This document shows positions 10,433 through 19,821 of a DNA stretch of 64,000 bases, one piece after another (position 1 is the first letter of the stretch; each line of letters begins with the position of its first letter). Below the pieces are notes generated by a model. The model did no database searches, had not been told where the DNA came from, and saw only the letters and a program-made list of their open reading frames with translations. A program made the position numbers and the translations under genes. The DNA is from a virus. The stretch is from IMG/VR virus record IMGVR_UViG_3300031857_000094, positions 1 to 64,000 of that record; one strand, written 5' to 3'.

Positions 10433-11539
10433 TCAGTTCCCCTGCTTGATGGTGATAGTCGTAGTTCCTGCGCTGTTTACCATCTGTGTAATCTCGACAC
10501 CATCTTGTGTTAGTTTCATAGTCATGCTTTGGCTAATCGGAACTGTAACCTGAGCATACGCATTGAAGGATTCGCGATACAAGGTAACGAAATCATCTTC
10601 AACAAAGTATTTGAGCCCCGTTGCTGCATTGTATTTAGGCAAAAGTGCGTTGAATTCTGCAAGCTCATTTGTCAACATCTGCGAGCTGGAAAGATCCAAA
10701 AGATTGATAAGGAAGTCGCTGTCAAGGAAGTTGCGATCTAGTTTGTTGTATTCGGTCAGATAGTTCTTATCTAGTTCGGTATACTTTAGCAAATCTTTAC
10801 CAAGCAAATCTTCGTCGAGATAGTTATAGCCTTTAGCTTCTGTATGAACTTCTACGGTTGCAGATTTTGGCGGAGTAACAATCAAAAGATTATTGATTTG
10901 ATCCAAACTCAAATTCATGATACTTGATCTAGGAGTATTCATGCTTGTTTGAACGTTGACCGTTTCAAATGGTTTAGTTAGAATAACAGTTCCCATATCC
11001 GTTGTTACGGAAATAGATCCAGTGATACAATCGCGTTCTATGTTTTTCCAACCAGTAGGGCAAGAAGGTAGAAGAATAATAGTAGAACGACCAATCTCAT
11101 CAACTGTCCCAGAAAAGTCGGTGCCACGAACTCCAATAGTAGCAGTCGGAGTTTCCACCATAACTTGTTGCGGGTCGCTCTTCGCGATCTGTCCTGAAGC
11201 ATATTTGATTGTCCCCAATGCCATCTTCATTCCGAGCTTGCCAGTTTTTTTACTGTCATCGTAAACGAAGTTGTCGATTACTAATCTAGAATGCTCAGTA
11301 ATTTGAACTCGTGTATCATCTCTGAACGTGATTCCAGCGCGACCATTCGCGGTTGTAATAGTATCCTGCATCTCAACACCAGTATCTTTGGCGCTGGGAA
11401 TCACGTTCGTATTGCGTTTTATTTCAGCTGGTCCTGTTAACTCTGTTACTTTTCCAATATCAGCATTACTGATGGTTGGACTTGATAGTAAGAGTATTGC
11501 CAGAGCCAGTGATTGTAGAAATGACCTTAGAGTCAACAC
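10433..11539 (-). CDS. FecR-domain periplasmic protein
   Basis: Signal peptide; DTITTANG..ITFRDDTRVQITEHSRL; VETPTATIGVRGTDF FecR signature. Confidence 0.85.
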   Translation of the reverse strand: MLTLRSFLQSLALAILLLSSPTISNADIGKVTELTGPAEIKRNTNVIPSAKDTGVEMQDTITTANGRAGITFRDDTRVQITEHSRLVIDNFVYDDSKKTGKLGMKMALGTIKYASGQIAKSDPQQVMVETPTATIGVRGTDFSGTVDEIGRSTIILLPSCPTGWKNIERDCITGSISVTTDMGTVILTKPFETVNVQTSMNTPRSSIMNLSLDQINNLLIVTPPKSATVEVHTEAKGYNYLDEDLLGKDLLKYTELDKNYLTEYNKLDRNFLDSDFLINLLDLSSSQMLTNELAEFNALLPKYNAATGLKYFVEDDFVTLYRESFNAYAQVTVPISQSMTMKLTQDGVEITQMVNSAGTTTITIKQGN

Positions 11540-12143
11540 CGCCGCCTTGCTTGATATCTACTGTGTTTGTTGCACCTAAGATATTCACGTCAGCGTCGTG
11601 ACCGTTTGTGCCAGCAGCACCAGTCTGAATAATGTTAACATCGTTTCCACCACCGCCAGCGATAAGAACAGTGCTCTTAGCTCCAGCAACAGCAGTCGAA
11701 TCATTTTGAATGTTTACAGTATTGTTATCAGTATTGATTGTAACATTGGAAATCGTAAGACCATCAGCTGATTGAGTTACAGTGTTTCCATCACCAGTAA
11801 TCGTGTTATTGATTATAGAGCTTGTACAAGTTCCGCTTACACCGCAAGCGATGTTCACAGTATTATTATCACCTGTTACAAGCGAGTTCACTTGTACGTC
11901 ATCACCCTGCACATTAATTGCAGTGATGTTAGAGTTACCGATCTGGTCAATAGTTACAATATTGTTTTGACCGTTGATTATAGCCTTATCGGTAGGATTG
12001 CCAATCGCATTCGAATTGCCTGTTTGAGTCATAGAAATTGTAGAGCCACTACCGATTTGGTCTACATACACACTATTTCCCGCGGCGTTTGCATATTGAA
12101 ACATAACCAAGAATGACAACAGTGTCATACTTGAGAGTTTCAT
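11466..12143 (-). CDS. Secreted curlin-repeat (CsgA/CsgB-like) protein
   Basis: Signal peptide and repeated QxGxxN / GDNNTVNI units rich in N, G, Q, T; adjacent to csgG. Confidence 0.65.
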   Translation of the reverse strand: MKLSSMTLLSFLVMFQYANAAGNSVYVDQIGSGSTISMTQTGNSNAIGNPTDKAIINGQNNIVTIDQIGNSNITAINVQGDDVQVNSLVTGDNNTVNIACGVSGTCTSSIINNTITGDGNTVTQSADGLTISNVTINTDNNTVNIQNDSTAVAGAKSTVLIAGGGGNDVNIIQTGAAGTNGHDADVNILGATNTVDIKQGGGVDSKVISTITGSGNTLTIKSNHQ

Positions 12144-12148
12144 TCCTT

Positions 12149-12952
12149 TTACCTCTTCTTGATACTCCAGAGCTTTTTCTTAGCTCCCTCCTTAATCATA
12201 TCAGCAACTGCTGCTTCAATAGCTATTCTTACAGCGTATGTCGTAGGTTCGTTCACAGAGTTACCAGCTTCAAACTCAACGGACTTAGTGCCCACATCAA
12301 TAAACTTGAATACGTTTGCGCCAGCGCCTGTGCTCAATACAGTTTTAGATGCTCCAGTCGATAATAGAACTTCACCAGTGTTGATAGAAATCAAACGTAG
12401 CACAACAGTCACTTCGTCTTTTCTATATTCCTGATTAGCGCCAACTCCTAAGAAGCGAGCACCAATACCACCAGTTCCGATATTACTATCATATCCGACA
12501 ACTCCGCCATCCAACATAATCCCAGCAACAGTCAATGGAGTTAGTGGCTTTGCTTGATCCTTTTCGTAAAGCTCGCGCTGACTGCGAATCAGCTGACGTT
12601 CCTTTACAAGATTATCAAGCGCACTACGCTCTACAACCTGAAACCATTTACCGCGACCAGCGTCTTGTAGTGCTTTGATTAGAAACACTTCTGAACCTTG
12701 TGTCACAGCAGAACTCAAACTAGCGAAGTTCGCTGCTGGCTTACGCTGTCCTGTTAGATCAGGAAAACGATATACAGCAATTGGAATGACTGGACCATCT
12801 ACTCCAGGCAAATTCACTAGCTCGTTGAACCGCTTCGTCGTAATAACTTCAGGAGCTTCCGCTCGGGCTTCAATAGATTCTTTTGTTACCGACTCAGCTG
12901 TGCAACCAGCCAACAGTATAGTAGCAAGAATCATACCAAATATCTTTACCAT
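12149..12952 (-). CDS. csgG: Curli secretion channel CsgG-like lipoprotein
   Basis: Lipobox LLAGC; IAVYRFPDLTGQRKP, STAVTQG-like SSAVTQG, WFQVVER..LDNLVKERQLIR, GIGARFLGVG. Confidence 0.92.
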   Translation of the reverse strand: MVKIFGMILATILLAGCTAESVTKESIEARAEAPEVITTKRFNELVNLPGVDGPVIPIAVYRFPDLTGQRKPAANFASLSSAVTQGSEVFLIKALQDAGRGKWFQVVERSALDNLVKERQLIRSQRELYEKDQAKPLTPLTVAGIMLDGGVVGYDSNIGTGGIGARFLGVGANQEYRKDEVTVVLRLISINTGEVLLSTGASKTVLSTGAGANVFKFIDVGTKSVEFEAGNSVNEPTTYAVRIAIEAAVADMIKEGAKKKLWSIKKR

Positions 12953-13386
12953 GCTAAACTCCCATAAGGAACAACAACTTCAGTGACGCTACCGCCAGCG
13001 TCTGTAATTCTTAATGTGATTTGTGATCCATCAGATGACCATTGAACATTGTTTGATGCGATATCAAACGATCCACTCGTATTACCATTATCAGAAAACA
13101 ATTGCTCCGCAATTTTTTGCGATAAAGTCGCGTACACGCGCGACTCTAAGTTGTTTAGAAACTTCGCAAGGTTAGTATTTTTTGCAGCCGCAGCTTCAGC
13201 AGCTGCTTGAGCTTTTTTATCTTCGGCAATTTTTTGACGGCGTGATGCTTCTAAGTTATCAATCGTCAAAACGTGAGCAGAGTAACCAATGCCGCTGAAC
13301 GATGGACTTTTATATTGAAATTGAATTTCACTTGCTAGCGTCTGGCTGCTTATCAGTAGCAGCGTTGTTGCCATTAGAATGCGCAT
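12946..13386 (-). CDS. csgF: Curli assembly protein CsgF-like
   Basis: Signal peptide then EIQFQYKSPSFSG, resembling the CsgF N-terminus FQFRNPNFGG; overlaps csgG start. Confidence 0.8.
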   Translation of the reverse strand: MRILMATTLLLISSQTLASEIQFQYKSPSFSGIGYSAHVLTIDNLEASRRQKIAEDKKAQAAAEAAAAKNTNLAKFLNNLESRVYATLSQKIAEQLFSDNGNTSGSFDIASNNVQWSSDGSQITLRITDAGGSVTEVVVPYGSLAW

Positions 13387-13633
13387 CTTTCATCTCCTCG
13401 ATTTCTTTGCCTCTTAGCGTCAGAACTACGTTGACCTTTTGATTCAATCGAATTAGGTCATTATCGAGCATACGGATACGATCAATCAACGCAATTAGAA
13501 CTGTGTTAGCTTCAGAAAGAACTGGCTTGATTTCTTGAGTAGCCCACTTCCAAACGTAGAAGATAAGATAGCCCATGCCGCCAGCAGCGACGATAGGAAA
13601 GCCATACTTATTGATCAGTGATACTACGTCCAT
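13328..13633 (-). CDS. Small single-TM membrane protein (holin-like candidate)
   Basis: INKYGFPIVAAGG TM followed by coiled coil; paralogous to the next gene. Confidence 0.55.
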   Translation of the reverse strand: MDVVSLINKYGFPIVAAGGMGYLIFYVWKWATQEIKPVLSEANTVLIALIDRIRMLDNDLIRLNQKVNVVLTLRGKEIEEMKDAHSNGNNAATDKQPDASK

Positions 13634-13911
13634 CAGTCTCTCCTTGCGTCGTTTTTGCCATCAGCTCTTGCGATACGATCTACGTCTGGCTTTACGCCAA
13701 GAGCATTTGACACAAGAGTGTCGACGCGAATGACGTCGTGATTCATAGTCTTCACGCGATTGTCAAGAGCCGTAATAATGTTGCTCATACCCTTGACACT
13801 TGACATAACACCAGCTAGAATAAACTTGAGCGTCAAAAAGACGAAATATCCGCCAGCAAGGGCTGATGCAATAGGAAAGCCCACTTCAGCAACCAGCTTA
13901 AAAAAGTCCAT
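13633..13911 (-). CDS. Small single-TM membrane protein (holin-like candidate)
   Basis: VAEVGFPIA TM; LDNRVKTMNHDVIR resembles LIDRIRMLDNDLIR of the neighbour. Confidence 0.55.
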   Translation of the reverse strand: MDFFKLVAEVGFPIASALAGGYFVFLTLKFILAGVMSSVKGMSNIITALDNRVKTMNHDVIRVDTLVSNALGVKPDVDRIARADGKNDARRD

Positions 13912-13934
13912 AACACATCCTTTCAGTTTTACAC

Positions 13935-13942
13935 TATTTATT
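13935..13942 (-). promoter_or_regulatory. Late promoter AATAAATA heading the curli/FecR/cyclase operon
   Basis: TAAATA core 24 nt upstream of ATG 13911, with an AAAGGA SD between. Confidence 0.65.
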
Positions 13943-13962
13943 CAGGAGTGCTATATAATAGT

Positions 13963-14937
13963 ATGCTTAGATCATTAGTTTTCTTCCTGACGCTGTCTGC
14001 GAGCGCGATGGCTCAGGAATTAAGAGTTATCACTCCTTCTCCTGCAGATAGTTACAATATCAACGCTAGAATCCTGGCTCCGTATATGGCAAAGTATCTG
14101 CTTGAGAAGCCAACTCCTGTAATTCAAGTGATGCCTGGAGCTTCGAGTTTGGTCGCTACGAATTACATGTACAACGTGGCTCCTAAAGACGGGAACACAA
14201 TCGCGACCGTTTATAAAAACATTCCGCTTGTAGGTATTCTCGGTGGCCCTACTGTTATGTTCGATCCAACGAAGTTCAATTGGATTGGCTCGACTGTTGA
14301 TGGTCGTAAAGATGCAGTCTTAGTATGGACACATCGCAAAGAATCACTCACAGAGTTTAAAACTAAGGAACTCATTGTCGGAACAGAAAGTATCGTTTCC
14401 GCAGACTCTACAAAGTTCATTCGAAACTCGCTCGGACTAAACTTCAAGCAGATCGCTGGTTACGCTAATCCAGGCGCTGCGCGACTAGCTCTTGAACGCA
14501 AAGAAGTCGATGCTGTTATTTTTAATTTGCTTGGGATCAAAACACAAACACAATGGACTGATCCAAATAGCGGCATCCGCGCATTGCTACAGTTTGGTAA
14601 CGGTAAGATTCGCCATCCAGATTTCAAAAACGTTCCAACATTCGCAGAGCTTATTACGAACGAAGATGATAAGGCTATTCTTGATATCTTCGAAACACAG
14701 TTTATCCTACTGAGACCATTCATCGCTCCACCTGGAGTTCCTGCTGCTAGAGTAAAAGAACTTCGCGAAGCGTTCAACAAAGCTGTCAACGATGTCGGAT
14801 ACATAGAAGAAGCGACTAAGGCTAGAATGGAAATACAGCTGATCACAGGTGAGCAGGCTGAGCATATTGTAGCTGTTTCATCGAATGCTTCTCAAGCAGT
14901 TTTAGATAAACTTAGAAACCTTCAGAGTGAAAAATGA
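13963..14937 (+). CDS. Tripartite tricarboxylate transporter substrate-binding protein (TctC/Bug family)
   Basis: Signal peptide; MPGASSLVATNYMYNVAPKDGNTI; RPFIAPPGVPAARVKELREAF; ATG 13963 preferred over GTG 13948. Confidence 0.85.
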   Translation: MLRSLVFFLTLSASAMAQELRVITPSPADSYNINARILAPYMAKYLLEKPTPVIQVMPGASSLVATNYMYNVAPKDGNTIATVYKNIPLVGILGGPTVMFDPTKFNWIGSTVDGRKDAVLVWTHRKESLTEFKTKELIVGTESIVSADSTKFIRNSLGLNFKQIAGYANPGAARLALERKEVDAVIFNLLGIKTQTQWTDPNSGIRALLQFGNGKIRHPDFKNVPTFAELITNEDDKAILDIFETQFILLRPFIAPPGVPAARVKELREAFNKAVNDVGYIEEATKARMEIQLITGEQAEHIVAVSSNASQAVLDKLRNLQSEK

Positions 14938-15617
14938 TTGAACATGCACTATTCCCCACGCTAGTCTGTGAGTTTCACTATAATAAGAAGGATGAGTTCA
15001 AGCAGCTCTTCTATCAAAAGATCTTTGACTATATGACCCCAGAGGGATACTCAAACGAGTTCACTGGTCACGTCAATATCCATCACGAAGAATCGTTCGC
15101 TCCATTTTTCGCATACGCAATTAACTGTGCTAAACAGTATGCTGCACGTTTGCATATCGACACGAATAAGTTCGAGTTCAATCTAGTCAAGACGTGGATG
15201 AACATTAAGAAAGATGACTCGACGCCATATCACGCGCACGGGGATGCGCACATTTCGTTCACTTATTATGTGAACGTTCCATCAACGTTTGTTCGACCTA
15301 TTCGCTTTCATAATCATGAGCGCAGGCACGAACCATATCCTGGCTCTATCCGCTGGAATAACACAAGCGATACTTGGGATTGGTTGAACGCATACACTTG
15401 GCAGTTTGAACCAGTCGAGGGACAGCTGCTAGTATTCCCTTCGACGCTTCCTCATGATACTATTGGTCAGACAAATGGTGAAGATAAAGGTAATCCGACT
15501 GTAGAAGAGCTAAACGAAAATCGTATTTGTCTTGCAGCCGATATCCTTCTCACATACAAAGATAAGACCGCAAGTCCACTTGGTGTCCAACCAGTTAGCA
15601 ATTGGAGACAGTTTTGA
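14934..15617 (+). CDS. Putative 2OG-Fe(II) oxygenase (TIGR02466-like)
   Basis: LFPT start, WMNI, HAH..HISFTYYVNVP, LLVFPSTLPH. Confidence 0.75.
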   Translation: MIEHALFPTLVCEFHYNKKDEFKQLFYQKIFDYMTPEGYSNEFTGHVNIHHEESFAPFFAYAINCAKQYAARLHIDTNKFEFNLVKTWMNIKKDDSTPYHAHGDAHISFTYYVNVPSTFVRPIRFHNHERRHEPYPGSIRWNNTSDTWDWLNAYTWQFEPVEGQLLVFPSTLPHDTIGQTNGEDKGNPTVEELNENRICLAADILLTYKDKTASPLGVQPVSNWRQF

Positions 15618-16225
15618 GCTATACTACAATCTACAATAATCCTTGGCAGAGATCACAAATCACTTATCCATTCGTTACATGGGATAATGGATTTACAGAA
15701 GAAGAGCTTAATGCTATTATTGAATACTGCGACTCGAACGGGACTGAACTTGGTACTACGTTTGGCGCATCTTCAGAAGAAGAAATTAAAGCACATCGCG
15801 TATCAAACGTAAAGTTTCATGGCAGGAATGAGAACACAGCATGGATATTTGACAAGCTCAACTTTATCATTCAAGCATCAAACGAGCAGTTCTACAACTT
15901 CAACTTGAATGGATATTCTGAGTTTCAATATACAACATACGATCCTAATGGTCGTTATGATTGGCATACAGATATGTCATTCGGTGAAAAGTATGGTAAT
16001 GATGCAGAACCACGCAAACTATCAATGACGCTTTTATTGAATGATGGTTTTGAAGGCGGTGAGTTTCAGATCAACAATGGTAAGCAAGAAACACCAATCA
16101 CAGTAGATATGTTTAAAGGACGGGTTGTTTTGTTCCCGTCCTTTATGATTCATCGTGTGAAACCTGTGACTAAAGGTGTTCGTAAGTCGCTGGTTGTTTG
16201 GGTGCTTGGTCCTAAGTTCGTTTAA
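15602..16225 (+). CDS. 2OG-Fe(II) oxygenase, prolyl-4-hydroxylase/PKHD type
   Basis: YDWHTD (HxD), RKLSMT, FEGGEF, LFPSFMIHRVKPVTKGVRKSLV; start codon uncertain. Confidence 0.88.
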   Translation: METVLSYTTIYNNPWQRSQITYPFVTWDNGFTEEELNAIIEYCDSNGTELGTTFGASSEEEIKAHRVSNVKFHGRNENTAWIFDKLNFIIQASNEQFYNFNLNGYSEFQYTTYDPNGRYDWHTDMSFGEKYGNDAEPRKLSMTLLLNDGFEGGEFQINNGKQETPITVDMFKGRVVLFPSFMIHRVKPVTKGVRKSLVVWVLGPKFV

Positions 16226-17142
16226 TCTATATCGAACTCAATACCACGCTCAATAAACATTTTCTTTTCGTCAGCTACGAGTTTCTTAATAGCTCCATCG
16301 TTGATACACATAGGAACATACTTACGATCAGTAATCAGTTTCTTGATATCTGGATCAGCGCACACTCTATCAAAAAGGGATTGAATCTTAGTGATCAGCT
16401 CCTTTTCGCTTTTAAGAATAGCGAATGAAGTGTATGCTCCGAAGTTAAACTCAGGAAATCCAAGTTCTGCTCCTGTAGGTACGTTAGGATATTCTGACAG
16501 TCTTTCGGGGCTCGACATAGCAATAATTTTTAAAGATCCATTTTCAGCCACGTTAGCTGAAGCTGGATTGTTGATCATAAAATCAGCTTCCTTGACTATC
16601 AATGCACGAACACGATCAGGAACGTTCTTATAGTGAACGATCTTAACGTTGTTTCCTAGCTTATACTTGTCGAGGAAAATGTCAGTCAATACTGGTCCGC
16701 CACCACTTGAGTTGATTGAGCCAGCATAAAATCCGTTTCGCGCGCGCATCTGAGCTACGAACTCATCAATCGTATTAGCAGGATTATCTGGACCCACCAT
16801 GAACGCAGCATAGCTTACCATGTGCGACGTTAAGAAGTGAAACTGATCTACTCTGTTATCAGCATTCGTTTTAGGATTAGAAAAGAACGACTGATTACCA
16901 TACAGAATAACGTTGTTTCTTACGGCTAACACTCTCTGATAAGCAGACTCACCCGCAGAGCCAGGGATAGTCATGTATCTAAACTCATAGTCCGACTGAA
17001 TCTGATTCAGCTTGTTCAGAAACTGAACGGCTAACTGTCCAGAAACGTTTGAGTTTGAAATTCTAGAGATAACATCAATTTTTGTTTGTGCGTGTGCAAC
17101 GCTAGAAGCTAATAGTGCAATGATAAAGTAAATCAGTTTCAT
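16222..17142 (-). CDS. Divergent TctC/Bug-family periplasmic binding protein
   Basis: Signal peptide; IPGSAG; LKIIAMSSPERLSEYPNVPTGAELGFP. Confidence 0.75.
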   Translation of the reverse strand: MKLIYFIIALLASSVAHAQTKIDVISRISNSNVSGQLAVQFLNKLNQIQSDYEFRYMTIPGSAGESAYQRVLAVRNNVILYGNQSFFSNPKTNADNRVDQFHFLTSHMVSYAAFMVGPDNPANTIDEFVAQMRARNGFYAGSINSSGGGPVLTDIFLDKYKLGNNVKIVHYKNVPDRVRALIVKEADFMINNPASANVAENGSLKIIAMSSPERLSEYPNVPTGAELGFPEFNFGAYTSFAILKSEKELITKIQSLFDRVCADPDIKKLITDRKYVPMCINDGAIKKLVADEKKMFIERGIEFDID

Positions 17143-18341
17143 TAAAACGTTTTCCTCTTCAACGATCCTACAACGTAATGTTTAGTGACCCAATGTCTCT
17201 TCAGTAAGTTTTGGGCTTTGATGCTTTTGTATCTGTTCAAATAGTAGCTTTTCTTTTCATCAATCATTTCGTTGTAGTATCGTTTGTTTTCATTGTTTTC
17301 GATTTGATTGATAAGGAAAAGCTCTGGATTTTGTTTTGGTTTTGGTGCTATGAACTCAATGCTGTTAGTGTGATAGTATATCAGTTTGGCATAAAGTTTG
17401 TCCAAAACGTTAGGGAGTTCCTGATTGTATTCTGATAGTCCTCTATTAGATACGTTTTCCATAAACAACTTATAAACGTTAGGATGTCTGATAAGAATGT
17501 TTTTGATAACATGCGATTGCTTCACAGGTATCAATGGATAGTTAGGAGTCCAAAAAAAATCTTCCAGCGTGTATATATTGTTTACGTCCTCGCTGCGAAT
17601 ACGCCCAACACCATGCATCGGAATATCCGAAAAACGAAAAATGAGAGTATCGTTTTCAGTCGTAAACAACCACGGCTTTTCGAATCCACGAATGAATGCT
17701 ACTTTGTTTTTCTTAGGTGCATTGAGATTGTTGTACGTGTGCATGTAATAGTTGTAAATCCTTAACGGTTTGATAAGGCTCATTCCGTTAGTGGGATTAT
17801 GATTCATTCCCATATAATCAAACTTACGACCTACGATTTGATCATAGGCGTAGTCAGAAAGATCCATACTATTGATCTTAGTGTTTGGGCTTAACTCTTT
17901 GACGCGCTTTAGTTTTGGTAAAACAGCACCACGATACTCATAAAGAACACCTAGAGTATCATGCTTCTTCAAATAGTCATCGTCGAGTCGATTCAGTAGC
18001 GATTCATAATGCACCGTTTGAATCTCATCAATGAATATGCCGTTTTCCAGAAACGTTTCTAAAATCTCATTAGAATCGCTCCCTCCAGAAAACGCAAGGA
18101 TGAGATAGTCGTATTGATCACGAAGCTGTTTCGCTCTTTCTACATACATTTGCTTGAGTGGCATAGTTGGTTCAACTTTCCAATCTATGCCATCAAACAC
18201 TTCTTCGTTGTAATGAAAGATGTTTAGTTTAGGATCATAATCTTCATTCGCTAACATCAAATCTAAAAGAGTTTCGCGATCAGAAACATAATGTCCATTG
18301 TATAGATAATAGCCGCAGTGGCTTTGTTTCAAATCATACAT
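17142..18341 (-). CDS. PP-loop (adenine nucleotide alpha-hydrolase fold) protein
   Basis: RAKQLRDQYDYLILAFSGGSDS; EDFFWTP. Confidence 0.7.
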   Translation of the reverse strand: MYDLKQSHCGYYLYNGHYVSDRETLLDLMLANEDYDPKLNIFHYNEEVFDGIDWKVEPTMPLKQMYVERAKQLRDQYDYLILAFSGGSDSNEILETFLENGIFIDEIQTVHYESLLNRLDDDYLKKHDTLGVLYEYRGAVLPKLKRVKELSPNTKINSMDLSDYAYDQIVGRKFDYMGMNHNPTNGMSLIKPLRIYNYYMHTYNNLNAPKKNKVAFIRGFEKPWLFTTENDTLIFRFSDIPMHGVGRIRSEDVNNIYTLEDFFWTPNYPLIPVKQSHVIKNILIRHPNVYKLFMENVSNRGLSEYNQELPNVLDKLYAKLIYYHTNSIEFIAPKPKQNPELFLINQIENNENKRYYNEMIDEKKSYYLNRYKSIKAQNLLKRHWVTKHYVVGSLKRKTF

Positions 18342-18756
18342 TATTAACGGTTATCACCTCTTCTTGTCCGTTTTCGTCAATTAAAATCCACTGAGAGTTA
18401 TAGTTAGTTGGTTTTTGTTTTATAACCGAGTTAATGAATGTTTCTCTAACATTTTTGTTCGGTGTTGGAGAAGCATGAATGAAAGTGTTTGCCAAAATTC
18501 TATCGCTGAAATAATAGATTAGACGCAATTCGTTGTTACCAACGTATTCTCTATCCCACCCTTCATATCCAGGCGCATTTTTAATGTTTTCTCTAATGTT
18601 GTCTCTTATGAGAACAATTTCTGTATTGCTATACATCGTTTCCTGATCGCGTGGATCAGGTGTTGAGCTTATCGTTGAATTTATGTTTTTGATGTACACA
18701 CCAGACCAGTCTTGACTTGAAGTCTTAGTGAATTTTTTAATAGCTCTAACAGTCAT
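18334..18756 (-). CDS. Hypothetical protein
   Basis: 140-aa ORF with GAGGGA SD, tightly packed in the operon. Confidence 0.6.
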   Translation of the reverse strand: MTVRAIKKFTKTSSQDWSGVYIKNINSTISSTPDPRDQETMYSNTEIVLIRDNIRENIKNAPGYEGWDREYVGNNELRLIYYFSDRILANTFIHASPTPNKNVRETFINSVIKQKPTNYNSQWILIDENGQEEVITVNNV

Positions 18757-18780
18757 CTAGGTTCCCTCTAAAATCAAAAC

Positions 18781-19821
18781 CTATTCTATGAAATGAGGTT
18801 TTGATCGAAACTTGTATTGTTGTTTAGTCGAAAATCCAAGTCTATTTATATACTTTAAACCGTCAATGAATATGTTATATATTTCTGAATTCTTATGTTC
18901 AAACATGAACATATCTCTTGCGCTAACAGAAGTAGAAATAGATTTGGGCGACATGAAAACCAAAGGATGTTTTAAATCATACAGCAGTTTGTTTAAGATT
19001 TCATTTTCAGTTTCGTCAGCATCACCGTAATTATTGATTCTTTTGTATGTGTTAACAACGTGTGCTTGTTTCCTTATGATGTTCGTTGCAGTAAAGTGAA
19101 CATCCGTATAGAAATTTACTCGTTGAAAATTTTCGTCGTGATACTTAGATCCATAATCAAAGAAAGAAAGATCTACGAAAAAAACGTTAGATTTATGACC
19201 TATCCGATAGTCAAGATTTACTTTGTCGGTACCCATGATATAACAGGTATCTTTAGAGTTTTGATGTCCGATAAACTTTTTAAGATCATGCCAAAATAAA
19301 GTGTGAACGCTCCTAAATCCGCCAATATGTTTAGTCCACTCACGGCCGTGATTAGAAAGAGCAGTGAAGTTAATCTTTGGGTCGTTAAACCATTTAGTAT
19401 AGTCGGCGACTGTGATTTTCGTGTTGGGTAAATTTAATCGACTAAGAGTAGGAAATACATTTTCATATAACTCTCCGTTATGATTTTCATCACTTCCCTT
19501 ATAGCTATCTCGAGCCAAAGCTCCAACCACAAGAATTTCATCGATATGAATGTTGTTATAGTAAAAAGTTTCTAAGATGTTTGTAGAGTCATGCCCACCA
19601 GAATAACAAAGAATAACATACTTGTATTTGTCCCTGATGTACTGCGCACGAATTTTGTAAAGAGTATCTAATGATTCATGTGGCTCTGTTTTCCAATCTA
19701 CCATACGCATTTCTTTATCATAAAAATAAAGATAACAGTTTTTACCAGAAAGAAGAGCATCTATTTGATTATTGTAAATATCGCCGTCTTCATCATAGTA
19801 GTAGATTGAATCAGTTATCAT
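18781..19821 (-). CDS. PP-loop protein, paralog of 17142-18341
   Basis: RAQYIRDKYKYVILCYSGGHDSTNILETF..IHIDEI aligns with the neighbour. Confidence 0.7.
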   Translation of the reverse strand: MITDSIYYYDEDGDIYNNQIDALLSGKNCYLYFYDKEMRMVDWKTEPHESLDTLYKIRAQYIRDKYKYVILCYSGGHDSTNILETFYYNNIHIDEILVVGALARDSYKGSDENHNGELYENVFPTLSRLNLPNTKITVADYTKWFNDPKINFTALSNHGREWTKHIGGFRSVHTLFWHDLKKFIGHQNSKDTCYIMGTDKVNLDYRIGHKSNVFFVDLSFFDYGSKYHDENFQRVNFYTDVHFTATNIIRKQAHVVNTYKRINNYGDADETENEILNKLLYDLKHPLVFMSPKSISTSVSARDMFMFEHKNSEIYNIFIDGLKYINRLGFSTKQQYKFRSKPHFIE

